From assembly GCA_030265395.1 (NCBI GenBank), contig JARFYF010000112.1:62236894-62300893 (forward strand): a stretch of DNA of 64,000 nt, in the 5' to 3' direction. The notes beneath the pieces were generated by a model. That model saw only the letters and a program-made list of their open reading frames with translations. It was not told the DNA's origin and made no database searches. Both the position numbers and the translations under genes were made by a program. This document shows, piece after piece, positions 24,406 through 36,100 of this stretch (position 1 is its first letter; every line of letters starts with the position of its first letter). Origin of the DNA: Rhina ancylostomus (lineage: Eukaryota).

Positions 24406-26384
24406 TGAGACGTTCCTGTGCCAGCGCTTTTCTTGATATCCCACTTTAAACTCTGTCTGATTTTCTTTCCAACTTAGTCAATTTGATTCTCCCATCCAGC
24501 ATCATACATGATTTGAAATGGAGGATGCTTTAATTTCACAATGTTACCTATTTGCAGTTTACCTTGATCTACACTCATTGACAGATTTCTGGACACAATT
24601 GGACAGCCCTATGCAGTCAGTTTCTGAACTTTGCAACTTTGCAGATTTATAATTTCCATGTAGCCACAAGAGGGTGCTCAGAGTAATGATTACTTCATTA
24701 GGATAACACCGAGCTTGAATTAAGATTGGAAAAAAACAACTAAATGTTTAGTTTTATATGTTGGAATTTTATATTTACATTATAGAATGCACCGATGTTA
24801 AATGAGTTTTAACTGTAAGAACAACAGTTCTCAAGTAATTAAGCACTAGAAATGTTGCAAGTGATAATATGAACATTGTTTTGAGTACAGACATTAATAG
24901 ATTTTGTGCCCTTTGGTCAGGGATCATTTGAGGAAATGCCCTGTAGCCAATTGTTTCAATTCTTCTTATTTTAACTTCAGAATGAGGAATAAATAAAATT
25001 ATTAATATTAAGGCACATTCCACCACTTAAAGAAAAATAATCATTTACTGTCCTACTCATAAGTTAACTTTAGAAATTCCATAANNNNNNNNNGTATTTA
25101 TTGAATGCATTTGATGTCCTCAATATCCAAAAATGCATCAAAACCAAGATGAGTACCCACTGCTGCCATTATGAAAAATAAAGAACCATTTTGCCTCTAT
25201 CAAAGACCTACAAACATGAGTGAATAACAACTAGTTTGTCTGAAATTGCCCTTCTCATTTTTCAATAGTGTGATGTCAATTTTTGACCTGCTTAACGTTT
25301 CACATGAGGAAAGTTATTCTCATTAATGCAGCACTCCCATAGGACTGCACAGATCTGGAACTGAGCTTGAACTTGGAATCTGTCCATTTAAAGGTAAAAG
25401 GGCTACAAATGGACCATCAGAACCTTCATAAAAACAAGTTCTTGGCAAGCTGAGCCTCAACAATCTGCTACAGTCCCTTAAAATTAGATAAATGCCGTTA
25501 GTTGGAGAAACATTTGAGGAAGAAGTATAATTGTAAGGTCTTGAGCATTGGAAAGGAAATGGAAGACACACATATCATTTAATCTCTATAGAAGTAACTG
25601 AAGGTGATGTTAAGAGAAAGCTGGATATTTTGATAGACTTGGCATCAACTCTATCAAATCACTACAGTAAAACAGCAATCACGACAACAAGTTCAGAACA
25701 ACAGTGAGTTTGCAGACGTAAGCAGAAAGTAACGAAGGGAAATAAAAATATTAACAAATGGACAAGATGTGGTAGATGGATCACAATGAGGGCCCATCAA
25801 CTTTGGATCTGTGAAAGATAAATCAGTGTATTTCTTTAATAGTGAATAACTGATACAGCAAAGGCATCCTTGCGAATGAATCCTTAAAAACTGGTCCTCA
25901 ATTGTAAGATTTAATCCAAAGGGCCTTTGATTACAAAAGTGAGGAAATTCTGTTTCAGCTACACTAAGAGTTTGCCTGATCTCATCCAGAGTATTTTCCT
26001 TCGTGTTAGAATACCAGGAAAGATTGAATAACATTGGACAACATAGATTCACCAGAATGATAAAGGAGCCAGCAAGGTTAAATTTTATATTTAGACTGTG
26101 TATATTTTGTTTATATTCTTTTAAGGTTGAATGGTTCAGCGTGATCTAACCAAAATGTTTAAATGCAAAATAACTCAATAGGCCTAATGCAAAAAAACCT
26201 GTTTCTTATCATGGGCAATCCCAAAAATGTGTCCAATTTCTGGCACACTTCTGGATTGCCCCACTATAAGAAATAATTCCATTATATTTAGTTCTGGACA
26301 GTATAGGAATAGAATGAGAAAAATTACTCCATTGAATGTCCCATGTAATAATATTTCCTAAGCTGCTTCAAAGCATTATATCAA

Positions 26385-26800
26385 GCAAAATGTAGAACAT
26401 AAAGAAAGGAGAGAGGAGGAGATCTTTAGTGAGATCATTCCAGAGTTGAGGGAATCCTTATCCACGATAGAAAAATGACATATAAGGATATTAAAGAGAC
26501 TGATTGTGAAGGAGTACAGAGATGTTAGAAAACTGTAAATCTGGAAGAGGTGACAGTAATAGGAAATTTCCAGGCCAGGAAGGGGTTTGAAAACAAAGGT
26601 GAGAATTTTAAAACTTATACTAAAACAGGCAGATCAGGAACCAATGCTGGTCAGCAAACAGTGGGGTGAAAGTGGAATGGGATACGTTGAGCCATGGTTT
26701 AGATGAGTCTAAGATGATGAAGGAAGCACAGGAGGAGAGCAGTGGAACAACTATATTGAAGGATAACAATGCCATGGGTGAGTACTTCAGCCGCAGATCA
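26385..26800 (-). mobile_element. Old L2-like LINE 3' fragment
   Basis: Minus strand TPLFADQHWFLI...FKILTFVFK resembles the L2 motif TPVLADLHWLPV...FKILILVFK. Confidence 0.6.
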
Positions 26801-27389
26801 GCTAATGCTTAGTGGAGGCAAGAAATATTGAGCTGGATCTTGCTTGACTCCGTGTTCTGCCTCCACTGTGGCCGTACTAACTATAGAAGAAAATGAGCTA
26901 CAGAACATGCTTCTGCAGCCATCCAGCAAAGCAGAATGGTCCTTGATCAGCAAAAACGCCTTACATGGTGGATCTTGCGGACCCATCCCCAGCCTGCTCT
27001 GATGGGCTCTTGATGGCTCAAGCTGTCTAAGGTCCTTAAATGTAACCAGCAACAAAGTCACAGAGTTGTACAGCACAGAAACAGGCCCTTTGGCCCACCT
27101 TGTCCATGCCATCCATTTTACCAATCAACACTAATCCCAATGAATCTACAATAGGTTTGTAGCCTTCCATGGTTGACAATTTACAAAGAGTTGAAATAAA
27201 TTTAGATAAGTAAAAGTATATTATTTTTACCCTTTTTAAAATATAACTGTTTTAAATTTAATGACCTGTGCAATACGGTTGGAAACTGAGGTACAGATCT
27301 GTCATTATCTAACCAAACAAGTTCAATGTACTGAATGGCTTTCTCAGGTCCTTGAATGACAAATGGGGAAAACTCTCTGCTAGTTGAAT

Positions 27390-28498
27390 CATATCTAGCA
27401 CAAAGGATGATGGTTGTGGTGGTTGAGTGGAAGGAGTACATCTCTGTACTCCTTCACAATCATCTCAGTCACAGGATATCTCTGCAGGAGTTCTTCAGGG
27501 AGGTGTCCTAGGTCCAACCGTCTTCAGCTGCTTCATCAATGACCTTCCGTCAGTCATAAGGCCAGAAGTAGGGATGTTTACTGATGAATGCACAATGTTC
27601 AGCACCATTTGTGACTCTTCAAATAATGAAGCAGTGCACAACCAAATGCATCGAGACCTAGACCATATCCAGGCCTGTGCTGATAGGTGGCAAGTAACAT
27701 TCACACCACACAAATGCCAGGCAATGATGATATCCAACAAGAGAAAGTCCAGTTANNNNNNNNNNNNNNNNNNNNNNNNNNNNNNNNNNNNNNNNNNNNN
27801 NNNNNNNNNNNNNNNNNNNNNNNNNNNNNNNNNNNNNNNNNNNNNNNNNNNNNNNTGATATCCAACAAGAGAAAGTCCAGTTATAACCCGCTTCATTGTA
27901 TGGCATTACCATCATTGATTGCCCCATTATCAATTTCATGTATGTTACCATTGACCAGAAACTGAACTGGAGTAGCCATATACACAATGTGGCTATAAGA
28001 GCAGGCCAGAGACAAGGAAACCTGTAGCAAGTAACTCACCTCAACTCACTGAAGCCTGTCCACTGTCTACATGGCTCAAGCATGGAGTGTGATGGAATAC
28101 TCTCCACTTGTCTGGATGAGTGCAGCTTCAACAGTACTCAAGAAGCTCCACACCATATAGGACATAGCAGCCTGTTTGATAGGCACCCCATCCACAACCA
28201 TTCACTCACTCCAGCACCGATGCAGACCAGCTGCAGTTGCTGCAACTACAGGATGCACTGCAGCAACTCATCAAGACTCCTTAGACAGCACCGTCCAAAC
28301 CCACAACCTCCACCAGCTAGAAGAACAAGGGCTGAAAAAGCAGGGAAATATTACCACCTGGAAGTTACCCTCTGAGCCACACACCATCCCGACTTGGAAA
28401 TACATTGCAGTTATTTCACTGTCTTTGGGTCAACATCCTGGAACTTCCTCCCTTACAGCACTATGGGCATACCCACAGCTTAAGGACAGCAACAGTTC
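27390..28498 (+). mobile_element. CR1/L2-group LINE RT and C-terminus; its tail lies at 29568-29633
   Basis: QDISAGVLQGGVLGPTVFSCFINDLPSVIRPEVGMFTDECTMF...WQVTFTPHKCQAM; same family on minus at 55070-55490. Confidence 0.85.
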
Positions 28499-28875
28499 AG
28501 AATCAGGCTTATTATCACTGACATATGTCGTGAAATTTGTTGTTTTGTGGCAGCAGTACAGTGCAAGACATAAAGACATAAAATTACTATACGTTACGAA
28601 AATAAGTAAATAGTGCAAAAGAGGAATAATGAGGTAGTGTTCATGGGTTCATAGACCGTTCAGAAATCTGATTGCGGAGGGGAAGAAGCTGTTCTAGAAG
28701 TATTGAGTGTGCGTCTTCAGGCTCCTGTACCTCCTCCCCGATGGTAGTAACGTGAAGAGGGCATGTCCCAGGTGGTGAGGGTCCTTAATAATGGATGTTG
28801 CCTTCTTGAGGCACCGCCTCTTGAAGATGTCCTTGATGGTGGGGAGGGTTGTGCCCGTGATGGAGCTGGCTGAGT
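28496..28875 (-). mobile_element. Nested Rex1-like LINE 3' end
   Basis: Collinear with 22820-23170 (tcagaatcag..ttattatcactga, ttcagaaatctgat, ctcctccccgatggtagtaac). Confidence 0.85.
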
Positions 28876-29029
28876 NNNNNNNNNNNNNNNNNNNNNNNNN
28901 NNNNNNNNNNNNNNNNNNNNNNNNNNNNNNNNNNNNNNNNNNNNNNNNNNNNNNNNNNNNNNNNNNNNNNNNNNNNNNNNNNNNNNNNNNNNNNNNNNNN
29001 NNNNNNNNNNNNNNNNNNNNNNNNNNNNN

Positions 29030-29302
29030 ACCGCAAGAGCTCGGTGAGGAAGGACGACAGTCTAGGGTGCTTCTGCCACCGGCGGGGGAGGGGCGGGGTC
29101 ACCTGAGGAAGCCCCGCAAATATTGTAAATTCGGGATCGGGGTATCCCCCCAGGAAGCCACACGTGTGGCATCAGTGCTGTGTCTTTATATATAAGAAGT
29201 AACGCTATGAACAGAACTGTACATGAATGTAAAGGTTTGAACTGTTTTATTATTGTATATAGTTTCTTTTATTGTGAATAAAGTTTATTTTGTTTAAAAA
29301 AA
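29030..29302 (+). mobile_element. Tx1-like LINE 3' end, copy A
   Basis: ARAR*GRTTV* (decayed Tx1 ORF2 terminus of type ..WGKTTV*), 3' UTR, aataaagtttattttg and poly-A. Confidence 0.65.
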
Positions 29303-29306
29303 AATT

Positions 29307-29569
29307 AGGACTACTGATTAGGGTTCTTCTGCCACTGGTGAGGGAGGGACGGGGTCAGGCGAGGAAGCCCCTTAAATATTGTAAATATGAGATTGGGGTA
29401 GCACCCCAGAGAGCCACGCGAGTGGCTTTGGTGCTGTGTTTTATCGATATATAAAAAGGTAACACTAATGATTGATTCGTATATGAATGTAACAGTTTGC
29501 TCTGTTTTATTATTTTATATAGTTTGTTTTTTTTATGATGAATAAAGTTTATTTTGGAATAATAAAAAA
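29307..29569 (+). mobile_element. Tx1-like LINE 3' end, copy B, flanked by AATTAGG
   Basis: Aligns to copy A along its length; aattagg at 29303-29309 and 29568-29574. Confidence 0.65.
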
Positions 29570-29634
29570 TTAGGGATGGGCAATTAAATGTTGGCTCAGC
29601 CTGCCAAGCGCACATCCCTTGAATGAATAAAAAA
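29568..29634 (+). mobile_element. Displaced 3' tail of the 27390-28498 LINE
   Basis: aattagggatgggcaattaaatgttggctcagcctgccaagcgcacatcccttgaatgaataaaaaa; the minus copy at 55070-55130 shows this tail directly follows the ORF end. Confidence 0.75.
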
Positions 29635-30071
29635 TGTCTTTAACCCTGAAAACAAATGACAGAATAGATCTTACCAAAACTGAAGATTTGAAGTAATTTA
29701 AAAAGGTAAATCCCCAATACTTTTGTTGATACCTGAGTTATGAGTCGTAACACTGAAATTTAATTTTAACACTGAATTCCTTCAACCAAATAATAGCCAA
29801 CACTTTAAAACAAAAAAAGAGGTAGAACTGTGCTGGTAAAAATCTTAAGTTCAATCCTGAGACAACTGGTTGTGTAGTTCTTTTTGATGGATGAGCTAAG
29901 ATGGTCAAGTGACCTTCCTCATCTATATTTACCTTGTGAAATAAAGAAATAACAAACAGTTCAGCAATCTAGAAGGAGCTGGAATTAAACATGATGTTCT
30001 GCAGAATTCAACTGTTGCCACTGAGCTTTTGTCCGTTTCCAGCTGAGCAAGTCAACTTAAATAAATGAAAA

Positions 30072-30205
30072 TCAAAAAAGAACTGCAGATGCTGGAAATC
30101 TAAAATGAAAACAGTAAATGCTGGAAGTATTCAGCAAGTCAGGCCACATCTGTGAGAAGAGAAACAGAATTAAGGCATCAGGTCAAAGCCTCTTCGTCAT
30201 TTCTG
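30072..30205 (-). mobile_element. PLE pLTR fragment
   Basis: aactgcagatgctggaaatc...tgctggaagtattcagcaagtcagg..catc; decayed core tgacgaagagg on minus. Confidence 0.7.
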
Positions 30206-30279
30206 GAGTCCACCAACCGTAGTGTTGTCAGAAGTAATACACTTTGCATAAATTCATGTTTTACATAAATTCTTTCAAA

Positions 30280-30872
30280 GGATATATTTCTTGTTACAGC
30301 TGTACAAGGTGTTTGTCTACAAGGGGCTACATCTGGAGCTGTACAAGGTGTTTGTCTACAAGGGGCTACATCTGGAGTACAGCATGCAGATCTCGTCATC
30401 CTGCTTTGGGAAGGATGTCATTAAGCTGGAAAGGGTGCAAAAAAGATTTCCAAAAATGTTACCGGGACTGAAAGAGTTGAGTTATAAGGAGAAGCTGGAT
30501 AAGCTAAGACTTTTTCCCCTGGAGTATAGGAGGCTGAGGGACGACTTTATTGAGGTTTATAAAATCATGAGCATAGATAAGGTGAATAGCCACAGAGTTT
30601 TCCCCGGGGTCGGAAAATCCAAAACTAGAGGGAACAGGTTTAAAGTGCGAAGGGAATGATTTAAAAGGGACCTGAGGGGCAACAGAGAGTGGAATAAGCT
30701 ACCAATGAAGTGTTAGTGGTGCATACATTATGATATTTAAAAGACACGGATAGGAAATATTTAGAGGGAATGGGCTAAATGCAGGCAAATAGGACTTCTT
30801 TAGTTGGGCAACTTGGTCAGCATGGATGAATTGAGCTGAAGGGTCTGTTTCCATCCTGTATAGCTCTGTGAC
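30280..30872 (+). mobile_element. CR1/HER1-like LINE 3' region with internal 39-bp tandem duplication
   Basis: LQLYK...HLEYSMQ...KDVIKLERVQKRF...LSYKEKLDKLRLFPLEYRRLRDDFIEVYKIM...KTRGNRFKV. Confidence 0.9.
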
Positions 30873-33111
30873 TTTTGTGCTGGTTCCAAGTTCCTGATTT
30901 CATCTGATATTTGTATTCAAGATTATTCATTCTGCTTCTCTGAATCTTTAGCTCATCCTTTTCAGTTATTTGCTCAGTTAATAGGTTTTGATCATCTGCG
31001 TGTTTGTTTGCAATAAATAACCTTGTAATATTTAACTAAGATTTTTTTTACAAATGCTATCATGCATCAGGGTACTACAGATTATACCCATAACAGTTTA
31101 CTTGGTGTTGTAATTATATGAAGCTGTTTAACTGATTATTTGTAACAGGCCAATTAGACAACAGAGCTAATATTTTGTGCTTCAATAACTTTTGCAAATT
31201 GTGGATGACTATTTCATATTAATCACAAGCAAGAAAGGTGAAATGGAGGATGTCTTGTGGTGCACACTTTTTCCATATTTCCTTGTTTTGTGTAAGTAGA
31301 ACATCCATACATCATTCACGCTATTCCATTTTGTCACAATTTCTGCAGTATTACCTATCAACTCACCTATAACACGAAAACATGCCCCATTAGTTTTATG
31401 CTGTGGTCCCCATCCAGATGCTGTTGACTTTTGTTCCACTGAAAAAGTTGGAAATAGTGCATGGTGCTGAAATTGATAGAAAAGTATAGCGATGTCAATG
31501 AAGCTTCTGACTGAGGCATTCCTTTAAATATAAAATACTGCAGATTTATTAGCCAACATTTTTGTTACTCAAATTTCTAAAATGTTTGGTTGACATTATT
31601 GTTTCCAAAGCTTATCCAGCACTTTTCTTAAAGACAAATCTACCAGCACAATGCTATTTGCCAAATTTACTCTAAAAATGCCAAATCAGAAATCTCAATC
31701 TAATTGAATGTTGAACAGGAACATGTATTTTACAGAGCTTTACTAACAAATAAAGTTTGTCAATTTTGCCAGATTTCCACCAAAACATTGCCAAATGCTT
31801 GCCTTTTGCTCAGCTGCTTTCAGCAAAGATTTATTTGGCATTACAGATTTCAAACTCTTATAGAAGACCCCAAGTTCTCTCTGCCAGCGAATATGTATTC
31901 ACTTTTCAAGATATACACTTCTGCAAGGAATATAAAATTCTGCTCTTCAGTTAATTTCAGCTGTCAGTTTTAACCTTTGGTAACCCACAACCCTCCTGGT
32001 CTTCATTAGCTTTGACTGCTAAACTAATAGCTTGCAGTGGCAGTACCATGCACCAGTTAATAGTTATAGTTGAGCTTAACTAGCCATTTATTTCATGCAA
32101 ACTATTTATTATATAATCACTGTTTCAAGCAAAATAGGTCACATTTGATCTCACAATTGTTTTCCCTGATTTGTGTCTGGTCTGGCTGTACCTTCAAGGG
32201 TTCCAGACAAACTTTCCAATTTGACAAACATAAGGTGATAAACATTGAAAAATTACCAGGATCTGGAGAAAATCAAGGTTCAATACAAAAACAGCTGCCA
32301 ATCAAAATCCAATTTGTACAGATCACATAAGATATTTGAATAGAATGGTTTGGACCTTCCCTTGAGCATCTCTGATTCAGCAACAATTGTATCAGATATG
32401 AACTGGAACATTTTGCCAACTCCTTATTGTCCAAAGTTAGAAACAAAGGCACATTTTACTGGTTCAATAACTAACCTTCCTTCATGGCTTGAAAAAGTTT
32501 TGTGTAACTTTTTTTCTTAACCTCGCAGCTGAGAGGATTGTGCATTTAGTAAAAATTAATTTAGTTATGCACACATCATGCACAAAAGTGTTTTAACCCA
32601 GGTTCAATCCTGCTGCCAGTCACTTTTGGGTGAATTTGCACCCATTGGGAAATTGACCTGGATTATTTCATGTTCATTTCACCTTCGCCGTCTAACATTT
32701 TCCTGGCTCCTGTCATGCACCTAATTGATCCACAAGTTGCACATTGAGTATTTTCTTCCTTTTTGACATAATTTGGAGCTTTTGGTGTAATCTCTGGCCA
32801 ACATCGAACAGTCAAGTTTGCATCCGAAGTATGTCCCTTTGTTGCATTTGTGCCTATTTGAAGGGGCTTTCTTCAGAGTCCCAAAGATCTGACTGAACAG
32901 CTTCAAAACTCATTGTTGGTTGCTCAAATACCTTCTATAATCAAGTCCATGCCATGTATTTTAACAGCATTTAGTTGCTGAAATACTTATTCTGTGGGTC
33001 CATCAGTAGTCCAGTGGCAATCTTTCTATATCAGGTACAGCAGCAATGCCTGCACCCACCACAGCAGTGTTACTTACTTTTACATATAAAGGATGTGATT
33101 TAAACCAAATT

Positions 33112-33301
33112 AAGATCACATGATCACAAGATAAGGGAGCAGAAGTAGGCCATTCAGCCCATTGAGTCTGCTCCAGGGACAAGGGGAAAAAGAAATNNNN
33201 NNNNNNNNNNNNNNNNNNNNNNNNNNNNNNNNNNNNNNNNNNNNNNNNNNNNNNNNNNNNNNNNNNNNNNNNNNNNNNNNNNNNNNNNNNNNNNNNCCCC
33301 G

Positions 33302-33350
<49 letters not shown>

Positions 33351-34360
33351 AGAGTCAAGAGGAAAAAAAATATTTTAACCCCAATTTCTGGCCTTATCCC
33401 CATATCCCCCTTGATACCTTGACTAATTAGATATCTGTCTATCTCTTCCTTAAATGTCCCCAATGATCTGGCCTCCACTGCTGTACATGGCAAGGAATTC
33501 CACAAATTCACTACCCTCTGGCTGAAAATTTTCTCCTCATCTCTGTTTTAAACCTGTACCCTCTGATTCTAAGTTTCTGCCCTCTGGTCCTGGACTCACC
33601 CACCAAGGGAAAGAGCTTGGCCACATCCGTTCTATCTATTCCTTTCAACATTTTAAATGTTTCTATGAGGTCCCCTCTCATCCTTCCGTACTCCAGTGAG
33701 TACAGTCCAAGAGCTGACAAACGCTCATCATATGTAAGCCCTTTCATTTCCGAGAACCATCCTCGTGAATCTCCTCTGAACAATCTCCAACACCAGCGCA
33801 TCCTTCCTAAGATTTGGGGCCCAAAACTGCACACACTATTCCAAATGAGGCCTCACCAGTGCCCAGTAGAGCCTCATCAATACTTCCTTACTTTTAAACA
33901 CTATACCTCTCGAAATGAATGCCAACATAGCATTCCCTTTCCTTACCACCAATCCGACCTGGTGGCTAACCTTTCGGGTACCCTGTACGAGTACTCCCAA
34001 GTCCCTTTGTACTTCTGTACTTTGAATTTTCTCCCCTTCTATTTCTGTTTCCAGAGTGTACATCTGCACATTTCTCAACATTGAATCTCATCTGCCATTT
34101 CCTAGCCCAGTCTTCTAAACTACCTAGGTTTCTCTGCAACCTTCTTGTCTTCTCAATACTCTCTATTCCTCCACCTATCTTGGTGTCTTCTGCAAACTTA
34201 GCCACCAAACCATTTACTCCATCATCCAAGTCGTTGATGTACAGGGTAAAAGGAAGCAGCCCCAACACTGACCCCTGTGGAACATCACTCGTAACCGGTA
34301 GCCAACCAGAGCAGGATCTTTTTATTCCCACCCTTTGTTTTCTGCCAAGCAGCCAATGCT
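33112..34360 (-). mobile_element. Relatively young CR1-like LINE 3' ~1.2 kb, with a gap and poly-C run
   Basis: VTSDVPQGSVLG...VAKFAEDTKIGG...WQMRFNVEKC, LYWALVRPHLE, LYSLEYGRMRGDLIETFK, NLWNSLP. Confidence 0.92.
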
Positions 34361-34544
34361 CCTCCCTTAAGATGCATTTGAACAGTGTGTTCATAATCAT
34401 GTATAACTGATAAAAAAATCAAGTGTTACAATCATTAAAAACAGTAAAATTATAAGTATGATCAGTAAAATTACACAGCCTGTGCCCTGGTGGTTTCACA
34501 AGCTGCTGGGTGAGTTTTGGAGTTCTAGTACTATTTTGCTGCTG

Positions 34545-34945
34545 GAAGGCTGCTCCCTTCAGAAAGCTATCAGGAATGCCAAGAGACAATACCGACTCAA
34601 AATAGAGTCCCAGACCAGCCATCAGTTATGGCAGGGCTTACTTGCCATAACAGGCTACAAGACGAAGACAGGCTGCATAGTAAACCACAGCGCATCCCTT
34701 CCTGATGAACTTAATGCATTCTATGCACATTTTGAACAGAAGGGAAGTGAATTGTCATCACCCACCCTGATAGCTTCCAATGCAACTGAACCCGTGGTCA
34801 TCGTTGAGGATGTAAGATCAGTCTTAAGGGATGATCTACCTTGTGACATTGCACCCTATTGTCTACTTGCACAGCACTTTCTCTGCAGCTGTGACACTTT
34901 ATTCTGTACTGTTATTGTTTTTACCTGTACTACCTCAATGCACTG
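34545..34945 (+). mobile_element. Internally deleted Rex1-like LINE (pre-RT ORF2 joined to 3' UTR)
   Basis: LQKAIRNAKRQYRLKIESQ...LWQGLLAITGYK...SLPDELNAFYAHFE, then at about 34830 the 3' UTR also seen at 13660-13870. Confidence 0.75.
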
Positions 34946-35200
34946 CTACAATGAGGCCCAACACAAATTTAATGAGAAAGCACCTCACCTTCCCTTTGGG
35001 CATGTTGCAGCCTGCAAGACTCGAAATCGGATTTTCCAGTTTTAGATAACTTGCTTTCTTATGTTTGTATGAGAACTTGCCATTGTTGTCTGCCATCCAT
35101 TCTTTTTTTCTATTTTGTATGGTCTGGCCTTCTGGGTATAAACCACCATTGTGCTGTTTCTGGCCTGTTGAGTATTCCAGGTTTTACTGCTTTTATTTCA
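34941..35200 (+). mobile_element. Penelope-like GIY-YIG C-terminus plus downstream pLTR remnant
   Basis: HCYNEAQHKF...KHLTFPLGMLQPARLEIGFSSFR*, typical PLE end (E.HLIFRLG.LQP.GLN.EFS.FR*); ctggcctgttgagtattccag downstream. Confidence 0.7.
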
Positions 35201-35949
35201 GTCTGATTTTGTTTATGAAACATTAATGAACGCTGATATAAAAAACAGTAACTTTTATTCACACATTCTGAACCACTAATAACTTACAGCCTTTGTCCTA
35301 TTCACCTGATTGAAGTCATTATAATAAATTATTATTGGAAATATTAACTACTCGATATCAAACTACATTAACCTCCTGACAGATGATTATTCGGCATATG
35401 TTTTCTGTGAAAGCCAGGAGCTGCTAATAAAAAAAATGTGACTTCTCATAACATTGTAATTTCCCTGTACTCCTGGGATATTTCAGTTGCAGGAATGTTC
35501 TTGTAACACAACTGTTCTTTTGTCATAGTTACAACATTGACTCACCAAGATAATATCTTTGTCCATAAGAGGATCCTGGATCCTCACTTATGTACAGTTA
35601 ACAACCTGCTTTCACAATTTAAGCACAAACAAAATAAAAGGAAGACGAAAATTAAACCCTGCTAATTTGAGAGAATTGAACAAATTCCTTCAACTGAAAT
35701 TTAGAAGACTAAAATGATTGGCTTTGGCTTAGGCAACAAGCTCTGCTCATTTGACACTGTTACTATCTTCCTTCTTCACCACTCTTTCCCTCTGTATCAG
35801 AAATTTGACATTCTCACTATCCTTTTCTGAGTTTTAAACTGCAACTCTCTCCCATTGCCAAGTCCATTTGCTTGTCTTTGGTCTATTTTTGTCAGTTTTG
35901 CAACCAATGAATACATACCACTGTCACCTTCAGACTTTGTTTCTCAAAG

Positions 35950-36100
35950 GCAGTAGAAGAGTTTTTGAATATTTTTAAGGCAGAGGCTGATAAACAAGAG
36001 GGTGAAGAGTTACCATGGGTAGACAGAATTGCAGAGTTAACTTTACAATAACATCAGCCGTTATCTTATTGAATAGCAGAGCAGGCTCCTCATACATCAA
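35950..36100 (+). mobile_element. CR1-like 3' tail
   Basis: tttttgaatatttttaaggcagagg...atcagccgttatcttattgaatagcagagcaggctc. Confidence 0.6.

Noticed and set aside
27728-27883. 28-bp direct repeat around a gap
   Set aside because: Same artefact at the 100-N gap 27756-27855.
33297-33349. Poly-C run giving poly-Pro/poly-Gly ORFs or a G-quadruplex
   Set aside because: Abuts a gap inside a CR1 3' UTR; its length is unreliable and poly-G/C runs are a common sequencing artefact.
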